Positions 40,701 through 52,700 of a DNA stretch of 64,000 nt are shown here, piece after piece. The position numbers and the translations under genes were made by a program. The notes beneath the pieces are model-generated. The model was not told the origin of the DNA. It saw only the letters and a program-made list of their open reading frames with translations, and made no database searches. This DNA is from Botryllus schlosseri (Eukaryota), in assembly GCA_051294905.1 (NCBI GenBank), contig CM119372.1, positions 23,748,001 to 23,812,000 of the forward strand, read 5' to 3'. Within the stretch, counting starts at the first letter, position 1, and each line of letters starts with the position of its first letter.

Positions 40701-43700
40701 GACTCGAGTCGAGTCGAGTCATTTCCGTATTTTGAGAAAATGACTCGAGTCAAGTCGAGTCATCAGAAAATCGTGACTCGAGTCTGACTCGATTCGAGTC
40801 ATGACTCGAGTCATTACAACACTGGTGCCTACTAAGGGATGGACCGGGTTCGATTCCCATCGGAGGTTCATCTGGGCTCCTCTGGGCCCAGAAAAAAAGA
40901 CCCGAAGAAAGAAAGCACTCACAAGGAATGGAAAGAACTAGTTGAAAGGACCGCGGCTTCAAAAAAAAGATCAACATCGAAAAGAACTGTGACATCGGGC
41001 ACTCTAGGCCGAGGTGGATGTTAGAGTAAAGGATCACTACTGATACGTGTCGTTCGGCATCCTCCTATCTGTTCATTACATCGCATTGTGTCTTATCGCA
41101 TCGTACATTGTGTGTAACTTGTACAGATGAAAATTATAACCTAATGATTGTTGTTGTTGTTGTTGTTGTATGGAATGTTCTCACCAGGGATATGATATTG
41201 ACTAGTAAATAACCAATCGGATCTAAATTCTAAACTAGAGAGCGTTGGTGGTCGGTTTTGCCAACATGCACTTCTACTCAAGTGTGTATGTTCTTGACTA
41301 CTACAACAAGTTTGTTGGCAAAACTATATAGTTACAATTTTTCAATTCCGATTCCTACGCTTGTAATTGTATATTTGCGGTTGAGATCACCACAGGATGA
41401 TTTGACAACATTCGAGCTGACATACAATACCGTGTAGCTAAGGTTATTTCCAACTTTTGCATTTCTCAATTATTCCGGGATTGCTTGGAAGGATGTGAAT
41501 CTCACGTTTGCGCGTTGCAGAGTCCGAAATCGCATACGTTCTTGACATATCGACACACAATCATCATAATTACCCCGCAAATCCTTCCTGGTCCCGATAT
41601 GTTGTGAAGTAATCACAAAATTCAGCTTTCTGTTCGCATTCACACTCTTCACTCAAAAAGTTTAAACATTCGGCTATCCCGTCACAAGCTGTTGCTTCTG
41701 TAAAATAGAATTTACAGATGTGATTTATCTACAGGTTCCTCCTGTTGGCAGTCAAAGTGTTAAGGCGATGTACTGTACACCTACTGGTGCCATTGAAGCA
41801 AGTGAAGTTTTCTACCTTGGCCACTTCCGCAGAACTTGAATCTGGAAATCAATGCAAGGTATATCATTTCAAGTGAAAAAGTGACCTATAGGGTTTTTCG
41901 TTAATGGAAATGTTTCTTGGTTCGATGCGAGCCTCTTTATGTTGGGAGCTAAAATTGGTAGCTGTGATTTTTGAAGCAGCGCACCCACTGCTGCAGCTCG
42001 TTTTCTGATTCGACTATAACTTGGGTGACCAACTCGTGGCCTGCAAAAATGTTTTGAGTGGCCCGCGATATAATTTTCAAAATGTCTTGTCATCGAATAT
42101 TAACATAGAGTTAGATATATGGGCGAATTTATTCAACTTGAAATTTCTCTTCTCGCTTCTCGCGATTTAGTGTCTCTAGATCTCTTGCTATTAATATGGG
42201 TAGCCTACCCCGCGCTCCCGCAAATAAAATGAAAATCAAAACGCAGATGAAAATATCGCACTCGTGACGACATGGGATTTGGAATCCTGCGAGTCTCACC
42301 AAATGACTTTTTTGTTTTGTTTTTATTTTAATGTAGTCATGTATACGTCTAAACGATTCTAGTGCATCTTGAGTAACGATTAACAATCTGTACCGGATGT
42401 CAGGAATTGACAAAGGACTGCATAAAACAGCTTGTCATCAGATTTATTAGAACAATTGGACCCCGCTCGAAAAATTCCGCTGAAGCTTGATCCAGAAGAG
42501 TCAAAGGCGATGAACTTTTCCACATGCGTATGTTGAGAGAATTACTGCGTTACGAATCAATTCTAATGGCTCGCGCGTTACCGTTTTATAAATAAGACCT
42601 ACCATCGCTTTTGCAGTCTGTCTCATCTTCACTATTTTGGCAGTTCGTTCTGTTAAAAAGAATTGTGCGCACGTGCATAAGTTAGACGATTAGTCAATGT
42701 GCAAAATACGTTTATTACCCCATCATAAAAATAATTATTATTATATTAATGTTCTTTGTTCTATAGTATTTCTACATTTGAAGGTATTGCGTACGAAAAA
42801 TAGAGTCATGTTAAGACATAAATGCCCAGACATGATTATTTTTGACATTTTTCAAATTATATTTTTGGAAGTTTTGACATCGCCGTGAATTCAAAAAAGT
42901 ATACCTGATTTAACCTAGGCTTACCATACGTCCTCTTTTAAGAGGATATGTCCTCTTTTTTGACTTTTTTGAAAGTGTCCTCGGAGGACGCCCTCTTGTC
43001 CTCTTTTTTGAGATTTTGTCCTCTTTTTTGAAAATTTAGGTCAGTTTTAGATCAAATTGCGAGTGATATGCCGCAAATTAGCACAGAAGTGACGCTCCGG
43101 CGTGTATTTCGGAGTGAAAAACGGTGAATTGAGCTCTGAGCGAAAAATGACCTTTTTTTAGTCATCCACCTGGCAATGTGTAGAGAAAAACAATAGTTTG
43201 AGCTCTGAGCGGAAAGATGACCTTTTTTTTCAGTCAACCGATCACAAAGTGAAAAAAATTCACCGGCTTCTGAGAATTTCTACTCCGGTTTTGCAAGTCT
43301 GAAATTCTGAAAGAGTGTCTTCTTTTTAGATTTCCAAAATATGGTAAGCCTAATTTAACCACGTAAAACGCATTAGTTTCATGTCAAACCAAAGTCACAA
43401 ATCGGGCAGTATCCACTTTGTTCATCGAACAACAAGTATAAAATCCGAATTAACAACGGTATCGGAGGGCTATTTCACCCGGACAATGGACTGCCTCTGC
43501 AATAGGCTATCTAATCCCAATAGTAGATTTGATATGCAAATGACCTGCATTCACACAGATCAGTGCTTTTCCAACCTGTGTGACGGTTCGCACTTGTGCG
43601 AATGAAAAAAATTGCAGTGCGAATGACGCAGGTGGTGCGAATAGTGCGAATCAAAATCGTGAATAATTGTTAATTTTTCTGACGTTGAATAATTCAAATG

Positions 43701-46700
43701 AACTTAACATGAAATTTAAGGTCAGTGTAACTTTTGTAGTGGCGACGTAATTGTAAAAACTTGTTTAAATTACGACGCACCACTATACTCGTAGCTCTCA
43801 AAAGCCGTAGTGAATTATTATTTTCGCACTATAATTACTACGTAACCAAAAGCCTGGTTGGGAAGCTGGTGTGGTGGCAGACATATCAGCCCGTCTGAGC
43901 CTGCGACAGGCTGAAAAAATGACGTCAAATTGACTTTCTGCCTTCTTTCACTAACCAATCATCATATTTTCATAATAACTGTTCGATAAGCGCGAGGCAC
44001 GAGGATAGTAGTAAATACCATCATTACAGACTCACATTTGCAAGTTACTGTAACAAAATTTTTTACCCCTTTAAGGGTTATTTAAGTATGAACCGCAAAT
44101 TGTATAATTTTGGGTCGACACGGTGCCAGAGCTATCTGTTAATCAGTGTTGGGATGACTCGAGTCAACTTTTCATATGACTTGACTTGACTCACGTCACT
44201 TTAGAAAAATGACTTGACTTGACTTGACTCGGAGCTTCAAAAATGTGCATTGACTCGTGACTAGGACAAAAATTTTCGAGTCAATTTCAAGTCATCTAGT
44301 AAACGGTGTCGCATATATCACTGTATTTTGTGTATGTTCGGACTGTTCGAGGTATGCCGGTGTTACTTGCGAGAGCAACCAGTCATTCATGATTCTACGT
44401 TACAGTGATCATCCATTGTTGGATCTAAATAAATTGACCGCAAACTAAAAAAGCACAGCCTACGTTGTCGAAGTAGTAGTAGTAGTAGTAGAAGATTGAT
44501 CTAATCAATGTGTTTCTGTTTCTTAGATGGCTCAATGCTTAGCGATGCGCGGTGCTCACATTTACCAACCCTCTTGTAGGATTTAAATCGAACAAATATA
44601 CTTCGGCGTTTATATTCTGGTGGATGTGTAAATGGATGTTGTAGGTTATTGTAACATATCAATTTGTTTCAACTTCTCGAAGCTTCGTAATAGGTCCTAC
44701 AGTTTGGACGATAATAACCAACTGTAGCATGTAGCCTAGCTGTACAGATACTCACGTACTTTATTAGCAGTTTTACGTGTGCGTGAGGGATACAACGTCT
44801 TTTTGCATGTATATTTAACTAGATATTTGTTATTTGATTCAAGATAAATGATGAATTAATCTGTCTTTCACACATCTACCAAAATGTAATGACTTTGAAT
44901 CATCATTCATACATCGAAAATTCAAATTGACTTGAATCGTGACTTGACTCGTGACTTGACTTGACTCGACTCGACTTGACTCGAGTCACCTCCAAAAAAC
45001 GAGTGACTTGACTTGACTCGAGTTACATTTGAAAATCGATTGACTTGACTTGACTCGAATCAAAATCTGCAATGACTAGAGATGACTCGTGACTCGAAGG
45101 TAGTGACTTGATCCCAACACTGCTATTAATATGTATGTAAAAAAAATCATGCGATCGTTTTCACATATCCAAGTGCACTGTGTTGGGTACTGTAGCCAAT
45201 AAGCGAGACACGCAGAAAATATTGCTTGGAGAATTCATGATAAGATTTGTCCGACTGGTTTTTCTGGAAAACATGGTCGAAGACCGTTGGGACAAACTAG
45301 TGTAGTAGGGGTGTGCAACGAGCGAGTTCAGGCATATGATACCCATTCATTTCAAGGCCAATCCCTTCTGCGTCGGGACACACGAAAACGTAAAGTTTTG
45401 GCCAAGAGAACGCTGATAAAATGCGCGGCCCAAAACATAAGCGGCGACAAAACCTTGGTATGATATTGACCGATGCTCGATGGCCAAACCTTTCGACATG
45501 CATATGGTCCATTGTCGGCACGGAATTGTCTCGTTCTTGCAATCTGAGTAGACAGTAGTACAACGGCGACACGCGGAGGAATTTAATTTGCCCTAATTTG
45601 AAATCGCGTCCGTCAGGCATGTTTTGTAGAGATGTGTTGGTTAGAATTGTGGTGTGCGCGTTCTGTATGTCATACATGTCCGTAAAATCGTAGCATACAG
45701 CTGTGATATTAAAAATGAACTCCTTTTCATGAGTGAGACTCGGGTCACGAGACGCCACAAAAACTCAGATTTTGGCGGTAGTCTAAAAGCTGCTTTACAG
45801 TTATTAAACTGTTATCAATTCTCATGTTAGATTGAGCTAATGAGCACAACACACAATGTCGTGAGGTTATTTGATCTTCTCATATTCTCTCGAGACGGAG
45901 AAGCGAGTGGCGCAGTGTGCTAAGCGACACCGCCACGACACCAATGAATCCTGGTTCGAGTCTCGGCCCTTCCATGCTTCTATGTGTCGGAGGTTGATCT
46001 GGGCTCCCCATCGCCGATCCCGCTGCTAACGCAGTGCATTGAAAAAAAGCCCAGAGACAGAGTGAGCCGAGCTCCGAAAACGGCAGCAGAGACCCGAAGT
46101 GAAAACAAGAATGAATGTATGAAAGTGTGGGAGTGCGCGAAGATGAAATAGAGCATAAAGACCGAAAGCAAAGCTACTGAACTGTACTAAATGCATTGTC
46201 GTGGCGCACAAGGCCTACACAGGCGATAAGCGCCACTGTTGTTGTGTGCACTTGCAGCTACCGAATACACATGGAGACACAAAAGGATTGGTCACTACAT
46301 TCATCTTGAATTATGCAAACATTTTAACATCACCACTTCGACAAAAAATTGGTACGATTACAGCCCAGCACCAGTGATAGAAAACTAACAAGTAAAAATT
46401 CTGTGGGATGTACCAGTAATAACTGACCGCGAAATCAGAAGCAACCGCCCGGATATAATCGTCAAACTAAAAAAGAAAAGAGAATGCTTATTCATTGAAC
46501 TGACTGTCGCAGCTGATCGCAACCTACTGCAAAAAGAATCAGAAAAACACTCCAAATACGCAGATCTCAAAATGGAATGTGAGAAAATGTGGCGATGCAA
46601 AATAAACATTGTACCGATAGTCATTGGCGCTACAAGGGTCGTGAGCAAAAAACTCATGAGACATATCCAACAAATTCCGGGTAACGTTCGATTCGACAGG

Positions 46701-49700
46701 ATCCAAAAGATCACATTATTGGGCACTGTGCACATTCTTCGGAAGGCCTTGAATGCACCACTGGACTGAAATTACACTTGTGAATCACAGCATAATTTCT
46801 GTAATTTCGATTCTTCATCTTCAATCATCTCTACCTCTGCTCTGCAACCCTTGCCAATTCTTCATCTGCTGCAATTCATTAATCTGACTTCTCCGTGTAT
46901 TGCATAGGAATAACAATTTGAATGTATTACTGAAATTTTAAAAATTTACTCCAATCTCGCCATTTTCCTTTGGGGGCAGGTTTCTCCCCGGATTATGTGT
47001 GTATCTACCAGATTTACTGTGAATAAAGAAGAAGAAGAAGAATACTCGCGAGACAGAAGCTGAAGCAACGTATCATAAGGTAGCGAGCTCTAATGAGCCT
47101 ATACTCTCCTTGATCGTTCTGCACGTTATGTTACAAGAAATAATGCAAAATCCTCAACACAAACATGTGGGTTTTTCGTCCTCTGGAAAAACTGTAGCCT
47201 CCGGGACCTTTGTGTCAGCTCTCAAAAACGATTTCTGCCAGCAAGCATCTATCACTCGCGAAAACTACGTTGTATTTTGGAGAGAAGTGCAAAACAGATT
47301 TTAAGATCTGGCCGTCCAAGCACCAGTAGACGTAGCCTACTTGTACAAAACCCTACTTGTTTCGCCAAGAAGGGCTTTAGTGAAATAGTTGAAATCAACA
47401 CGAGCAAAAAATGTTGCCTTTTTAATGAGACTCGTGATAGCTTAAGCTACATAGTAGCCAATTTGTTCCACATCTGAACAAAATGTTCTTAAATATCTTG
47501 ATCTTCATTTTGTATAACAATTTTCGGTTAGTTTGTGCGAATGAAGTTTATTTTACAAAAAAAAAGTACGAATAGAGCCCAAAAAGGTTGAAAAGCACTG
47601 ATACAGAGCATATAATACCACTTATGATAACAATTCGAAATGGATGCTGACACGTTTGGGTCACAACATTCACAACCTATACGCAATGGTTAGAAATCAT
47701 GAGCGACTTCCATATGTCATATAATATGATTGTATCCACACAGCAAGAAAAATCGAGGAAATGACTGAATGTATGTGTGTATGGTACACATTGCTGGGTG
47801 TTGCTTCCTGACGGCGGAGGCCTTTTGCACTGTGTTCATTGATAAAACTATATCCCTATTGTCCATCGCGACACAGTCTATCAGTGATTGAACCATGCAG
47901 ACATTTTTCAATAGCATGTTAAACTTAAAACTGAATGGAATTATACATACGGATTGATCTAAATGTAGCATGGCTCGCGCGTGGTGGCAACATGGCGTAT
48001 CAAAATGCACAGCGGTGAAAACAGTAAAATGCCTATAACACTGGTCGACATTTCTCAACTTATTTTTTTTTTAGATCGTTTAATTGAGTTCACCTAATTT
48101 ACAAAACACATCCTACAAGTTTCAACTTACTTTATTGTATTTGAGGTGTTATTATTTCAAACTAAACCCCCCAAAATAATCAGGATCCTTAGTATTTCCA
48201 AGAAATTTAGATGCAACTTTAATGAAAGAGAGTCATGTATTTTTTCCAAATCCGCCTTCCCAATAAGAAATAGTTTTTTTGTGATTTTTCTGATTTGAGA
48301 TCCTACAAATGCACCCTCTTTCGTGAATGTATTTAGAACATGCACTCACTCTCTTTGATCAGAGACAATAAAAACTTTTCTATGAGATCCAGTTTGATAA
48401 ATGGTGGAAATACAACATTAGATCTGTTGATAGGAGCAGGCACTGAAACATTTTAAAGCCTGCATGGTGTAAGATACTCCCTCATCGGCCACTTACGTTT
48501 ATTTCAATGATTTCTACTAGTTCCATTCAGAGATAAAACAAGGATACCTTGTAGTTCTAGAGTCTAGACAGTTGAACCAGTAGCATATTTAAGAGTAACG
48601 CGAAACAATAACTTCATATTGTTAATTTATTCGCTAAAAGCTTTTCGACTAACTCTCATCAGTAGCGAACGTTAGTGATGGGGTGAATCAAATTCGAAAT
48701 GTAAGAACTATTTTGTCTGTATGACGTAATAATAACAAAAACAAACAACTAGTAGACGGGCTAGATACGGTAGTAACGGTACAAAACAAACGTTAACGAG
48801 TACATATTCGGTTATAAATAACCGAAAACACAACACATAACATTAATGAAATATTCCAAGAGTGTAGAGGCGTTCCTTCTGGCGACAGAGAATCGGCTTT
48901 CGTAGCTTTATGATCGTAGATTCCAGGACCTTTAAATGAAACAGAGAACGGCCACGAGCAAGTATAGAAAATTGACTGTCATTGTAATGATCAGCACATT
49001 CTGGATGGGATAAGAGATGCTGTCCAATAGCCGAATTACAAGCAGTAACTTGATCATAATCACGCAGTGTGTCAACAGACTGCGATGAAGGAGTTGGAGA
49101 AACAATATTTATTCTAATTTGCCGTGGGACATGCTGGCGAATTCTTTGCTGCAAGCGCTGAGACGTGCGACCTACATACCGACTGTCACATCGGCACGTG
49201 TATTCATATATTATGTTGCTTTGATTTGTCGCAGGTAGCACATCCTTTTGCGTTGCAGGCATCAGAGATTTCGTCATGAAGATTATCTGAGGTTCTACTT
49301 GTGAAAAACAATGGCTCACTGACGATTTAATTTGTTTTTCAAACCTGTTGGACACTTTCCCAATCCAAGGAAGATGCAAATAAACAGGACATTTTCTAGG
49401 TCCAAACGGTTTAACTTTTCTGAAATCTTTGAGTTTACGATCTATGGTCATTTTAATGATATGATCAGGATAACCATTTGACTGAAAGATTGACCGAATG
49501 TTCTCCAATTCAGAATCAAGTTTGACTTTACTACAAATCATCAGAGCCCTGTGTACCAGAGTTCTTATCAAATTTACTTTACGTTTTACTGGACAGAAAG
49601 AATCCCACGAAATGTATTGCCCACTGAATGTAGGCTTACGGTAAACTGATGTAACAAAATTAGCACCCGTCTTTTCCACTACAACATCAAGGAATGCTAA

Positions 49701-52700
49701 TGAATTATTGACCTCTTTTTCCATGGTGAATTTCAGTGATGGGTGAAGACCATTCAATTTGCTCAGAAACAAATCACACTGGGATTCATTTTCAAATATG
49801 GCGAAGGTGTCATCAACATATCTTTGATACATTAATGGTCGATCAATATCTTCGAATAACCGTTTTTCGTAATACCCCACAAAAATGTTAGCCAGAATGG
49901 GACCAAGCGGCGATATGTTGATGACACCTTCGCCATATTTGAAAATGAATCCCAGTGTGATTTGTTTCTGAGCAAATTGAATGGTCTTCACCCATCACTG
50001 AAATTCACCATGGAAAAAGAGGTCAATAATTCATTAGCATTCCTTGATGTTGTAGTGGAAAAGACGGGTGCTAATTTTGTTACATCAGTTTACCGTAAGC
50101 CTACATTCAGTGGGCAATACATTTCGTGGGATTCTTTCTGTCCAGTAAAACGTAAAGTAAATTTGATAAGAACTCTGGTACACAGGGCTCTGATGATTTG
50201 TAGTAAAGTCAAACTTGATTCTGAATTGGAGAACATTCGGTCAATCTTTCAGTCAAATGGTTATCCTGATCATATCATTAAAATGACCATAGATCGTAAA
50301 CTCAAAGATTTCAGAAAAGTTAAACCGTTTGGACCTAGAAAATGTCCTGTTTATTTGCATCTTCCTTGGATTGGGAAAGTGTCCAACAGGTTTGAAAAAC
50401 AAATTAAATCGTCAGTGAGCCATTGTTTTTCACAAGTAGAACCTCAGATAATCTTCATGACGAAATCTCTGATGCCTGCAACGCAAAAGGATGTGCTACC
50501 TGCGACAAATCAAAGCAACATAATATATGAATACACGTGCCGATGTGACAGTCGGTATGTAGGTCGCACGTCTCAGCGCTTGCAGCAAAGAATTCGCCAG
50601 CATGTCCCACGGCAAATTAGAATAAATATTGTTTCTCCAACTCCTTCATCGCAGTCTGTTGACACACTGCGTGATTATGATCAAGTTACTGCTTGTAATT
50701 CGGCTATTGGACAGCATCTCTTATCCCATCCAGAATGTGCTGATCATTACAATGACAGTCAATTTTCTATACTTGCTCGTGGCCGTTCTCTGTTTCATTT
50801 AAAGGTCCTGGAATCTACGATCATAAAGCTACGAAAGCCGATTCTCTGTCGCCAGAAGGAACGCCTCTACACTCTTGGAATATTTCATTAATGTTATGTG
50901 TTGTGTTTTCGGTTATTTATAACCGAATATGTACTCGTTAACGTTTGTTTTGTACCGTTACTACCGTATCTAGCCCGTCTACTAGTTGTTTGTTTTTGTT
51001 ATTATTACGTCATACAGACAAAATAGTTCTTACATTTCGAATTTGATTCACCCCATCACTAACGTTCGCTACTGATGAGAGTTAGTCGAAAAGCTTTTAG
51101 CGAATAAATTAACAATATGAAGTTATTGTTTCGCGTTATTCTGAAGTTCTGTACCACAAATCACTTGTATATTTAAGAGTTCAAAATCAACGGAAACTTC
51201 ACACGCTTGAGTATTTTGAGTACTATATTCCAAATTTGAAATCAAAAGTTTTATATTCTCGTAAGACCCTTGATGCCAGTTGTACCAGCTACAGCGATAG
51301 AAGCACATCGATTCGTATTGTGCGACGAAACAGCTTTTAGGCTTGATCAATAAATAAAGAGCGCAATTCACTGTAGACTAATACAATAGAGGCAAAGAAT
51401 CGTGTGTATTTACTATCAGGTGCCAGGGCCAAGTATAAGTTTGACTTTTAATCTGGAACCTACAATAAGAGAAGATTAATTTGGCAAATTCACGTTTTTG
51501 ACAAAGTTATTTAGTTCAGCTTGATTCAACTTTATATAGCTGCTGCTGATTATCATCATCACCACACTCATGCTGGGAACATTCTTCAGACAAAGACTCT
51601 TCACCGAGAGAATCTTCTTCAACTGTTGGTAAAACGTTTGAAGGCAATGGAATTGTGACATCTGTCCCATGAGGAATCGGTCGTATTGCGCAAGTCAAAT
51701 TGGATATTGAATTTTATGCTGATTTTTGACATTGAATAAAAAAACAATAGCAAAAGAAACAATTTTTCCGTGTCCATGTGGCTCTCTCCAAACCATTGAC
51801 ACACCAAATGCTAAATATTTTTGTTTTCGAATGCTTCACAGCCTGATTTCAAATATTACTCCAAGTCGTTTCAACGCCTTCTAATTTTTTTCATTGTATC
51901 GCAGCCTTGTGATGTTTTGAAAGGAAGAAAATATTAATAAATTGATACTAATATCAAAAACTAGGCCTAGAATACTTACTTTTTTACATACTTATAAAAA
52001 GTTACTTTTACTTCTACTTGAGTATAAATTGACGCCGTTACTTCTACTTCTACTTGAGTACCTATGGTAAGCACTTTGACCACCTCTGATGACGTCACAA
52101 TGGTTATAGCTATAACCCAACAGCAAGGAATACGTCACGGAACAGGCTGTTTTGAGCACTAAAATGCAAAATTTTAAATCACAGATTATAAAAATATTGA
52201 CGTGGTAGAAAAAAACGACTTCATACTCGTAATCATCCTTTTGGTCAAAAAAATAAAAAATGATGTCGATCAGTGTAATCATTGAGCTAAATTCATATAT
52301 TTCGGCTCTCATTCGGGGATTCCAAAATATTCTGATTACCAATTAAAACCCTGTTGTTGCGGGAAAGGAGCACATATATCGCTGTATATCATCTACTACC
52401 TAATCGCTGGATTTATCTATCCACAGATTCACCGTAAATTCATCTTTCATTTCTCGACTTTTTAGCCTCGACCCTAGGATTTTCATTTGCCCTTCATAGA
52501 CCCCTCGGAAGGTAGTCCGTTGCCACGGTTCACGGACCTCAATTTAGGGATTTCGGTTTATACACTCAATTTTTCGTTTCATACAAACTCCTTTCTATTC
52601 TTGTTGACATTTTTATCAAAAACTTCCCTACCTGTATTTTCAAAAATCATGTTCCCGAAATGCCAAAAATATTCATGCCTGCATATGCCCATGACTTTTG

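Larger units (their letters stand above)
48597..51168. mobile_element. Penelope-like retroelement (PLE) insertion, two 5'-truncated copies in inverted orientation
   Basis: Arms 48596-49822 and 49912-51138 are reverse complements with an 89-bp spacer; 12-bp TSD ATATTTAAGAGT at 48585-48596 and 51169-51180. Confidence 0.95.
48039..51900 (-). pseudogene. Decayed Chapaev3-like (CMC) DNA transposase, interrupted by the PLE
   Basis: Frameshifted motifs MVWREP..CFFC, AIRPIPH, LNQAELNNFVKNVNL, SYENIKLLI, VDFELLN|MLL..YPCF, KEGAFVGSQIRK; CAC terminus at 48039; family assigned from recalled motifs. Confidence 0.65.

Noticed and set aside
40033..41037. ORFs of 156, 95 and 67 aa
   Set aside because: Read-through of MITE and SINE repeats
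44144..45122. Regular GACTTGACTC arrays as a possible CRISPR array
   Set aside because: No repeat-spacer structure; eukaryotic TE subterminal repeats
45897..45970. tRNA-like sequences here and at the other SINE heads
   Set aside because: They continue into SINE bodies, with no clean cloverleaf or terminator, so they are not called tRNA genes
43561..47600. Matching hAT-like ends (CAGTGCTTTTC) enclosing candidate exons, suggesting exon capture
   Set aside because: TSD only 6/8 and the enclosed exons are unconfirmed; cannot tell one element from two
49914..49991. N-terminus of the 382-aa minus ORF (MKTIQFAQ...)
   Set aside because: It is the antisense of the right PLE arm; real RT homology starts at SPLGP, so the ORF is not a full-length protein
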